This document shows, in pieces, positions 54,656 through 64,000 of a stretch of DNA of 64,000 nucleotides. The position numbers were made by a program, and so were the translations under genes. Location of the stretch: assembly GCA_964016885.1 (NCBI GenBank), contig OZ024742.1, forward strand, positions 332,630,001 to 332,694,000, in the 5' to 3' direction. Below the pieces are notes generated by a model. That model worked only from the letters and a program-made list of their open reading frames with translations, did not search any database and was not told the origin of the DNA. The stretch is from Eledone cirrhosa (lineage: Eukaryota). How positions within the stretch are numbered: position 1 is the stretch's first letter; each line of letters starts with the position of its first letter.

Positions 54656-54743
54656 TCCTCTTGATAAGTCGGCAGACCTCGCAAGGACTCTATATCTTTG
54701 ATATATTGTTTTTGTTTATGCCACGAAACTACGTAGTCGAGGA
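54656..54743 (+). ncRNA. Type-I hammerhead, U3-A8 core variant, array copy 1
   Basis: tcctc-TTGATAA-gtcggca..tgccac-GAAA-ctacgtag-TC-gagga; predicted cleavage 3' of C54738 (GUC). Confidence 0.8.
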
Positions 54744-55246
54744 ATTTAGGAACAGTTTAGGTATGATACATTTTATTACTAATTATATCTAAATGTTTCT
54801 TCTCTCTTCATAATGTATTTTTAACTCTGATACTGGTTCAGTCTGGTTCAAACTGAATTGGTCTGTCCCAGTCATTCATTGAGCAACATCGGTGAAGTTG
54901 GCACCCTTAACTCACAGTTGGGTGCGGATGCATTCATGTATATATGTGTGTGTCCGCATGTATCTGTGTGTTTCTTAATATATTAATAACTCCCTCTGGT
55001 CGAGCAATCTTTGAAGTGTGGGGACAACTGGAAAGCTTCCATTACTCATACTTCTCGCCTTCTTCACTACCTCTTCTACGGCCTCGATATGAATACCCCC
55101 TCCGCCTCCGTGGTATTTTCTTCGTGGTTATAAGAGGCTTAGCTCTGTTTCTCGACCGTTATATCGCGTGACTATCTCCCCCTCCGCCTTTTGGGATTCT
55201 TTCTCACGTCGTGTAGACGCGTTCTTGAGACTAGTAAAATGAGGTA

Positions 55247-55334
55247 TCCTCTTGATAAGTCGGCAGACCTCGCAGGGACTCTATATCTTTGATATATTGT
55301 TTTTGTTTATGCCACGAAACTACGTAGTCGAGGA
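55247..55334 (+). ncRNA. Hammerhead, array copy 2
   Basis: Same motif at +591. Confidence 0.8.
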
Positions 55335-55837
55335 ATTTAGGAACAGTTTAGGTATGATACATTTTATTACTAATTATATCTAAATGTTTCTTCTCTCTTC
55401 ATAATGTATTTTTAACTCTGATACTGGTTCAGTCTGGTTCAAACTGAATTGGTCTGTCCCAGTCATTCATTGAGCAACATCGGTGAAGTTGGCACCCTTA
55501 ACTCACAGTTGGGTGCGGATGCATTCATGTATATATGTGTGTGTCCGCATGTATCTGTGTGTTTCTAAATATATTAATAACTCCCTCTGGTCGAGCAATC
55601 TTTGAAGTGTGAGGACAACTGGAAAGCTTCCATTACTCATACTTCTCGCCTTCTTCACTACCTCTTCTACGGCCTCGATATGAATACCCCCTCCGCCTCC
55701 GTGGTATTTTCTTCGTGGTTATAAGAGGCTTAGCTCTGTTTCTCGACCGTTATATCGCGTGACTATCTCCCCCTCCGCCTTTTGGGATTCTTTCTCACGT
55801 CGTGTAGACGCGTTCTTGAGACTAGTAAAATGAGGTA

Positions 55838-55925
55838 TCCTCTTGATAAGTCGGCAGACCTCGCAGGGACTCTATATCTTTGATATATTGTTTTTGTTTA
55901 TGCCACGAAACTACGTAGTCGAGGA
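55838..55925 (+). ncRNA. Hammerhead, array copy 3
   Basis: Same motif. Confidence 0.8.
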
Positions 55926-56428
55926 ATTTAGGAACAGTTTAGGTATGATACATTTTATTACTAATTATATCTAAATGTTTCTTCTCTCTTCATAATGTAT
56001 TTTTAACTCTGATACTGGTTCAGTCTGGTTCAAACTGAATTGGTCTGTCCCAGTCATTCATTGAGCAACATCGGTGAAGTTGGCACCCTTAACTCACAGT
56101 TGGGTGCGGATGCATTCATGTATATATGTGTGTGTCCGCATGTATCTGTGTGTTTCTAAATATATTAATAACTCCCTCTGGTCGAGCAATCTTTGAAGTG
56201 TGAGGACAACTGGAAAGCTTCCATTACTCATACTTCTCGCCTTCTTCACTACCTCTTCTACGGCCTCGATATGAATACCCCCTCCGCCTCCGTGGTATTT
56301 TCTTCGTGGTTATAAGAGGCTTAGCTCTGTTTCTCGACCGTTATATCGCGTGACTATCTCCCCCTCCGCCTTTTGGGATTCTTTCTCACGTCGTGTAGAC
56401 GCGTTCTTGAGACTAGTAAAATGAGGTA

Positions 56429-56516
56429 TCCTCTTGATAAGTCGGCAGACCTCGCAGGGACTCTATATCTTTGATATATTGTTTTTGTTTATGCCACGAA
56501 ACTACGTAGTCGAGGA
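56429..56516 (+). ncRNA. Hammerhead, array copy 4
   Basis: Same motif. Confidence 0.8.
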
Positions 56517-57019
56517 ATTTAGGAACAGTTTAGGTATGATACATTTTATTACTAATTATATCTAAATGTTTCTTCTCTCTTCATAATGTATTTTTAACTC
56601 TGATACTGGTTCAGTCTGGTTCAAACTGAATTGGTCTGTCCCAGTCATTCATTGAGCAACATCGGTGAAGTTGGCACCCTTAACTCACAGTTGGGTGCGG
56701 ATGCATTCATGTATATATGTGTGTGTCCGCATGTATCTGTGTGTTTCTAAATATATTAATAACTCCCTCTGGTCGAGCAATCTTTGAAGTGTGAGGACAA
56801 CTGGAAAGCTTCCATTACTCATACTTCTCGCCTTCTTCACTACCTCTTCTACGGCCTCGATATGAATACCCCCTCCGCCTCCGTGGTATTTTCTTCGTGG
56901 TTATAAGAGGCTTAGCTCTGTTTCTCGACCGTTATATCGCGTGACTATCTCCCCCTCCGCCTTTTGGGATTCTTTCTCACGTCGTGTAGACGCGTTCTTG
57001 AGACTAGTAAAATGAGGTA

Positions 57020-57107
57020 TCCTCTTGATAAGTCGGCAGACCTCGCAGGGACTCTATATCTTTGATATATTGTTTTTGTTTATGCCACGAAACTACGTAG
57101 TCGAGGA
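57020..57107 (+). ncRNA. Hammerhead, array copy 5
   Basis: Same motif. Confidence 0.8.
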
Positions 57108-57610
57108 ATTTAGGAACAGTTTAGGTATGATACATTTTATTACTAATTATATCTAAATGTTTCTTCTCTCTTCATAATGTATTTTTAACTCTGATACTGG
57201 TTCAGTCTGGTTCAAACTGAATTGGTCTGTCCCAGTCATTCATTGAGCAACATCGGTGAAGTTGGCACCCTTAACTCACAGTTGGGTGCGGATGCATTCA
57301 TGTATATATGTGTGTGTCCGCATGTATCTGTGTGTTTCTAAATATATTAATAACTCCCTCTGGTCGAGCAATCTTTGAAGTGTGAGGACAACTGGAAAGC
57401 TTCCATTACTCATACTTCTCGCCTTCTTCACTACCTCTTCTACGGCCTCGATATGAATACCCCCTCCGCCTCCGTGGTATTTTCTTCGTGGTTATAAGAG
57501 GCTTAGCTCTGTTTCTCGACCGTTATATCGCGTGACTATCTCCCCCTCCGCCTTTTGGGATTCTTTCTCACGTCGTGTAGACGCGTTCTTGAGACTAGTA
57601 AAATGAGGTA

Positions 57611-57698
57611 TCCTCTTGATAAGTCGGCAGACCTCGCAGGGACTCTATATCTTTGATATATTGTTTTTGTTTATGCCACGAAACTACGTAGTCGAGGA
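57611..57698 (+). ncRNA. Hammerhead, array copy 6 (70 nt before the terminal (TA)n)
   Basis: Same motif. Confidence 0.8.
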
Positions 57699-57764
57699 AT
57701 TTAGGAACAGTTTAGGTATGATACATTTTATTACTAATTATATCTAAATGTTTCTTCTCTCTTC

Positions 57765-57803
<39 letters not shown>

Positions 57804-57835
57804 ATTATTACATGGATTATTACAACATATATATA

Positions 57836-58028
57836 TATAACGAAGGAGTTGTGGTAAGGAACCAGATGGACCATAACGCACCAAAGTACTCAATTCTTAG
57901 GGTAGTAGAGTAGGTAATAGGAAAATGTATGACGCCGACGGCAGAGCTCACGCCGTTTTGACGGCTATTTCAGTCCAGAAATAGCCGTCGAAACGGCTTG
58001 GCTCTGCCGTCGGGGTCATACATTATCC

Positions 58029-58030
<2 letters not shown>
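57836..58030 (-). repeat. Small hairpin-headed element (most complete family copy 4) between (TA)n tracts
   Basis: tagga.aatgtatgac.ccgacggcagagc..gccgttttgacggctatttc agtcca gaaatagccgtcgaaacggc..gctctgccgtcggggtcatacatt.tccta foldback plus an ~80-nt tail homologous to 18370-18452. Confidence 0.8.
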
Positions 58031-58060
<30 letters not shown>

Positions 58061-58064
58061 CATA

Positions 58065-58432
58065 TATTGACGTACATACGTCAATACTCATCTTTTTCCA
58101 TTTATCTGAGGGTTCTTAACCCCATTATCAGGCTAAATTTCCTTTAGTCAAAAATACGGTGAAAGCTATATATTTTCTAAATTCAAACCTGCTCACTGTT
58201 TCAAAACATACTTACTTGCCATTTAAACTCGCTAAGAATGTAGTTTCTAATTTGAATGGAAACTGATGGGTGATGTGTTGGTGTAATGGTAGTTCAGTCG
58301 TCGCGATAACCAAAGATGTGTGTTCGCCTCCCATGTACGTCAATACTCATATTTTTCCATTTATCTGAGTGTTCTAAACCCCATTATCAGGCTAAAATTC
58401 CTTTAGTCAAAAATACGGTGAGAGCTATATAT
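58065..58432 (+). mobile_element. tRNA-derived element in partial tandem (period ~259) with a palindromic 5' junction, between (TA)n tracts
   Basis: tRNA-like 58271-58343 (acceptor tgatgtg/tacgtca, A-box tggtgtaatggtag, B-box gttcgcctcc); 58077-58172 repeats at 58336-58431. Confidence 0.65.
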
Positions 58433-58477
<45 letters not shown>

Positions 58478-59109
58478 TTATTATATGTGTAACTTGTGGT
58501 CACTTGCGGCGACGCTGGTCGAAACACTCGATGCTGCTACGTGGTCCGTCTCTCGTTGGGTTGTGCTCAGGTTTAAGGCGCCTGTAGTTTGCAGAGTGCA
58601 TACATACAGTGACAATATGAAGTCAGATTTGCAGCTCTTTCTTCTCCTTCTATTTCATACATACACACTCATAATATGTCAGTGTAGGCATTCATTTGTT
58701 TGTACGTGTATACTTTTTGTCTTAATTCTGCTATTGTTTTCTGATATTTGTTATCTGTTAAATCTTCATTAACATTTCACTGATGACATTTTAAAATAAA
58801 ATGGATTTAGACTGGGTTTGGTTTCTGATTTTTTTTTTTTTAATAATCTATTTTTTGCTCAATTGATTTCGTTTCTCTTTCAAAATTGGTCTTCATCGTT
58901 CTGTTTTCTTTTCTTTTCTTGTTCTTCCTTTAGATTTTTCTTTCTTCTAGTACTTCCTCTACTTCTTAAGTCTTTATTCTCATTTCTCATCATATTCAGG
59001 TATTTGTTGTTGTTCTTCTTCTTCTTCTTCTTCTTGCAAATGACTTTGGAGAAAATACACCAAAGTTAATATAACAGTGCAAGGATTGTGGTTTACATTG
59101 TGTAAAGTT

Positions 59110-60260
59110 GAGGTATAGGCTAGACCGTCTGGTGAATGAGAATTGGGTTACGCTAGCATGCTGGATCGCCTCTCTCGTCTAGAAATTGGTGGAGTGGAAT
59201 CTATCCCTAAACGGTCAGTTGGATGCGGTGAATGCGTGTATGACATCTGTTATCTATTACCACCTGCCAATGCTCCCGTTCACGCCTCACCAAACTGGAA
59301 AGCCTGATCTTCAACTTCTTGTGGGAGGGGCGGGTTCCCTTGCTGAGCCAGTCCATATGTTGCCAGCACTATCTAAACAGGGCTGGACATGCCATGGATG
59401 ATGATGCGCAAACAAGCAATCAGGCTACGGCATCTCCAGCTATTCCTAAACGGTGAAGAGGTGTGGTGGCCAGGAAGGTCATCTGCAATTATGAGCCAAA
59501 TGAATACCATGACTGGACACCTGGATCTTGAATGTTGTCGGACACTCACTACCCTATAATATTGCGGCAATGCGGTCAGTGGATATTCCACTCTAGCGCT
59601 CTATAAAAAACTAGTATTGGCTAAGTTCGACGGCGTTCCCGGAGAGGCTTTGGCCGTCGATTAAATCGAAATGTCCAGTCTGTGCCGGAGGACTTCTGAG
59701 CCAGGGACTATGGTCGAATTCCTGACTTGGCAGTGCTACCGGAAACAATGCCAATTTGAGACAAACTCTACTAGCACAGAAACTGGGACCTACGGACCTG
59801 TCCAAGATGCGATGAAACCGTTTTTTACACACGCGTCCAGTATCCCGGCATTACTGACTTGTGGAGTTTTGTCGAACAGCAATAGTGGAGTCTAGGATGG
59901 ATCCGGCTATCGAAGTAGTCCATCGTTAAGATCGCCAGACCACCTCGTTTTGGCCGGGAATGACAGGCAGTTTTCCTATTCAGCCACCCCTCAAATTTTT
60001 CAAGTTTCACTTCGAAAAGAAGGTGAAGGAGAAAGAATTGCTGCCACTTCCATTACATTTGGTAAAAGGTGGTTAAATGTAGCGAGGGTGGCTCGAGTCA
60101 ATGGATCTACCCTGACCATGCGCCTGTAAGCGAGTTTCGAGAGCGGACGGGTTCCCATCTAGGGTGCTCTTGGAGATTACGGTCGTTTACATTGGTGGGC
60201 TTCTTGAGTCACTGTAGGGTAGTAGTGCACCGTTTGGGGAATATTGATTGTCATAATTGT
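59110..60260 (+). mobile_element. Old degraded 3' fragment of the same Tx1/L1 lineage as copies A and B
   Basis: EWNLSLNGQLDAVNACMTSVIYYHL, LDMPWMMMRKQAIRLRHLQLFL and LTWQCYR match ORF2 of A and B. Confidence 0.8.
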
Positions 60261-60814
60261 ATTATTTATTAACTAGCAAATAGTTATCTCTCTACATGGC
60301 TGAATACAATAAATATAATCTGAGCTTTTCGAATATTAATAATAATATTCGATTCGTTTGCAATTATGCGAACAGCCTCTTTTAAGCCATATCCGTAGAA
60401 TGAATCCCTCATCCTTGCTCTTGTGTTGGCATGTAAACAGAATTGTAGATACTAATGTTTCTGAGTGATTCCCCTTCATCAGTGCAGTTTACTGCACACC
60501 TGCCAACTGTAAGACCTAGTGAAAATATATGATATTTTCTGAAATATAGAGTGACTGATTGGCTTGATTTGCATATTAGCAGACTGGCTGATCAGTCAGG
60601 TCATTATTTATTGGTATCTGTTATCTGTTATTTATTGTTATCTGTTGATTTCATGTAAATCCTCACTGTACCTGATTTTATATTGTCCTACATCTTTCAT
60701 CCCTTAAATAAGATGCCAGTATCGCACTGGGGCGATTTAACCGAATTTACCCTCCCTGTAAATAAGTTTAATTGCGCCTAATTCAGAAACCCTTATTATT
60801 ATTATTATTACGAC

Positions 60815-60945
60815 ACGAGTTCAAATCCCACTGTTGTTCGCCTTGCCTTTCACCGGGGTCGATAAAATAAGGTACACGTAACGACTTTCTCCTCTCCTTC
60901 AAATTGCTGGCCTTGTACCTAAATCAGAACCCATTACTATTATTA
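60815..60945 (+). mobile_element. MetaSINE-like fragment
   Basis: gagttcaaatccc..ttgccttttc..ggggtcgataaaataag..aaattgctggccttgt. Confidence 0.7.
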
Positions 60946-61119
60946 CAGAATGACAGAAATTATCATTATATTTACTTTATTGTTCCTGCTGCTGCTGATG
61001 TAATCGTCTGAAGTGAAAGTTTAAGATGTTTGAAAGGTTACTCAGTACGATGTTTTAAATACTGATTTGATTTATCATAAATATCAAAATGTTTATATAT
61101 TGTTGTTCTAGGACCTGAC

Positions 61120-61455
61120 GCTTTGTTTTGCGGTTGTTGATGTTTTTCTTGTTGCTATCGTTGAAGTTATTGTTGTTGTGTTGTTTCACGCATTTTCTCG
61201 TTGCTGCTGCTGCTGTTGATTTAGTAGTGGTTCTTTTTGAATGTTTATATTGCTGTCCTTGTTGTGGTTGTTTTTGGTGCCTTTTTTCGTTGTTATGCTT
61301 CTGTTGCTGTTGTGGCTGTTTTTCTTGTTCCTTCAGCTGCTGATGTAATATGGGTGCTGTTGTTATTTTTGTTGATTTTTATTGTTATTGTTGTTCTGGT
61401 GGCTGTGGTTGTTGTTGATACGGTTGTTGTTGTTGGACCTTGCTTGTTGTGACTG
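61120..61455. repeat. Degenerate (GTT)n low-complexity tract
   Basis: Direct reading. Confidence 0.75.
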
Positions 61456-62990
61456 CTTTTTGCCTATAAATGCCTATTAATTTAACTGTCATTTTTAACG
61501 TCAGCCCAACGCTCCAGACATATGGCCAAATGAATTTCAGCGGTGATCACATGCCTCAGTGTATAATTAGGACAAACATTGCATTTGTTTAAAACCAGGG
61601 TTCCAATGATTAATCGGTAGGTAATAAGTGTCACCCCTATAAGCCATTTTACCTAAAACAATTTGTCATTGTTGTGGCTTAATACATTTTCATAATCAAC
61701 CACTATTGTATTTTCTATATTTCTGATAGGAACATATCTTGCTGTGGCAAGAAAACCATGGGTGATGGGGAAATTAGGTTTCAACATATATTACTGATAG
61801 GCACATATCTTGCTGGAGCAAGAAAACCATGGAGGATAGGAACATTTGGTTCCAGTATATATAGATATATATGGATGGTATATTTTTCCTATGACACATA
61901 ATGTAAGCCCTCTAAAGCAATATCTACAAAACATTAAATTATATGAGATTCCACAGGTGGTGTAGATCAGCGTACGTTAAAATTTGTCAAGATAGAAGTT
62001 AGAACTCCTACTCATCTGAGAGAACATCTGATTAATTCATATTTTTAAAAATAATTAATTTTATCAAATTATAAAGATTTCAATTATAAGTTTATTTAAA
62101 GGTATTCAAAATCTTTCCACCAACAATTATTCCCGTTATCTTAATTTACTCAAACAAAGAGTAAAATGTAAATGATAATAGATGATTATCTTCAGAATTT
62201 CAAAACCCATAGGACATTTCTAAAATAATGATAAGGGGATAGGGAATGGTATAGATGTGACATAACATCATATATATTAATATATATATGATTAATAGAA
62301 AACGTAGGAAATTTCAGTACCAATCTATCACTGTAAATAATGTGTGTTGCTATAACTAACTTAGCAAATGATGTAATGACAACATATATATGTGAAAAAT
62401 TGGCCATCAGTCACTTTTTCATCTATAAGATGTCTTTACATGATTTTCTTAGACATATATATTAGCCAACTATAATTACAGATATTTTCTGCGTTTGAGT
62501 TTTCCTATATTTGTATATATACATACCATTGTAATAAAACACAGTATCAAACAACATCAATTTTGTGATAGTTCATTTGTCTGGTAAGTTGGAACGTGTG
62601 ATTGTGCTTTAAAATATTTCTCCCTACGTCTCTGGAATAGTATTGATAAGACATATATATAGGCATATCATATATTTATATATACATAGGTGTGTGCAGT
62701 GGCGGACTGAGTCTAAAAATATTGGTTGCCAGGAGATGAAGGGGCCCACCTACATATAGAATGTTATCATTTAAATTTTCGAACAATACATAAGTGGAAA
62801 CAAATCAGTGCAATCACATTTTTGCGGAGAAATATATTACCTTCTCCAATAAAAAGAGTATGTATATTGCGAAATCCAGAGACTTTCAATAATGACCAGA
62901 AGTCGACCCTAAATATTACTAATAGCTCTAGGAAAACCAGTTTTTTCTATGGGTTGTAAAATAAAAAAACTGAAAGGATTTACAAGTACC

Positions 62991-63059
62991 TCTTGGCCAG
63001 GACTGAACCCAAAGCCAGGTTCTTCACCGTCTCTTGTACCTACCGCTAGGCCACAGAGA
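62991..63059 (-). pseudogene. tRNA-like / SINE-head remnant
   Basis: Minus: ctctgtggcctagcggtagg..gggttcagtcctggccaagag (A and B boxes, partial acceptor stem). Confidence 0.45.
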
Positions 63060-63283
63060 ATACTACGTAAATGTTATGAAAATTCATACTTTGTAAACCT
63101 ACTTTAAACATTTTCAAACCAAAATGTTGTGGTGTCGTTCATGTCTTTCTTAATGTTATTGCTCCTACTTAAGGTCGACTTCTAAATCATTTGGGTGTTC
63201 CATAAATTACATCCTCGTTTTGTTTCTCATCGATCTAGACTACATTTTAACCTGTAATTCATGTTTCATTTATGTTGCACCTC

Positions 63284-63361
<78 letters not shown>

Positions 63362-63444
63362 CTCTCTCTCTCTCGCTCTTTATGATATTTGAATCTATTA
63401 TGATTTTGGCTTACCTTATACCTATATATATGTTTTTGCATGTC

Positions 63445-63560
63445 CGTTAGATTCAAACTTAGGTTAACTTTGCCTTTCATCCCTACGGGATCGATAAAAT
63501 AAAGTACCAGTAAGGCACTGGAAAATTGCTGGTCTTGTGCCAAACGTAGAAACAATTATA
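63445..63560 (+). mobile_element. MetaSINE-like fragment
   Basis: ggttaactttgcctttcatccctacgggatcgataaaataaagtaccag..aaattgctggtcttgtgccaa. Confidence 0.75.
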
Positions 63561-63791
63561 TATATATATATATACTTATATATATATATATATTATTCAA
63601 AATGTTAACAAATGAAAAATATTCTCATAATCAAAATATATATTTTATTATACATATTTCAAAGTACTATGGTGTTTAAGTACGCTTTCATCGGACAGAC
63701 AAAATATATGATTTGATATGTGACATACCGCTACGGTTTTGATTATTCAGTATTGGCAGATGATACCATACTAATCTTTCGTTATACACTG

Positions 63792-63857
<66 letters not shown>

Positions 63858-63942
63858 GGAGGTGAGTTTTATTGAAGTACAATAAAGCAATGCAGATATA
63901 GGATAAGAAGCACTCTACAGTTTGTGGGACTGGAGTATGCAT

Positions 63943-64000
63943 AATATAAGATCAAAAGATGGTTAAAGGAGTTCCATATATTTTATTATGCGCATTTCAA
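63943..64000 (-). repeat. Third copy of the 13753/16378 PLE terminal repeat; HHR cut by the window edge
   Basis: atataagatcaaaagatggttaaaggagttccatatattttattatgcgcatttcaa. Confidence 0.85.

Larger units (their letters stand above)
54631..57768 (+). repeat. 591-bp tandem array, 5.3 copies, one hammerhead per unit (retrozyme-like)
   Basis: Unit start ttcttgagactag at 54631, 55222, 55813, 56404, 56995, 57586; ends in (TA)n; copies 2-5 look identical. Confidence 0.97.

Noticed and set aside
58778-58815. CTGATGA-catttt..aaaatg hairpin
   Set aside because: Followed by GATT, not GAAA; no stem I or III
60445-60520. Minus-strand CTGATGA..GAAAC motif, or a short terminal exon
   Set aside because: Stems I and II pair poorly; the exon reading has no supporting upstream exons
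61724-61860. ~71-bp two-copy tandem duplication
   Set aside because: No sustained reading frame or recognisable motif; treated as a local duplication
62697-62752. cagtggcggactg.. possible hAT-type terminal inverted repeat
   Set aside because: No matching opposite end found in the window

Overview
Eukaryotic, AT-rich, microsatellite-dense DNA with no host gene I can support. The SINE families and repeat landscape resemble an octopus/cephalopod genome (inference). The window is a mosaic of transposons: several Penelope-like elements (PLEs; RT with YRDD and a C-terminal GIY-YIG, Naiad-like) ending in (TA)n, two near-intact Tx1/L1-clade LINEs inserted 3 bp apart in one GATA microsatellite (each with its own TSD), and relics of CRE, RTE, R4/Dong-like, Helitron and mariner elements plus tRNA-derived SINEs. 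The main signal is RNA, not protein: about 12 type-I hammerhead ribozyme (HHR) motifs. Six lie in a near-perfect 591-bp x 5.3 tandem array (54631-57768). They carry the rare compensatory U3-A8 core (UUGAUAA). The array is fused head-to-head to an inverted PLE RT fragment and ends in (TA)n, so it is a candidate PLE-mobilised retrozyme/circRNA system. Several (TA)n-embedded foldback elements look like non-autonomous derivatives of PLE termini. All calls are by eye; no searches or folding programs were run.
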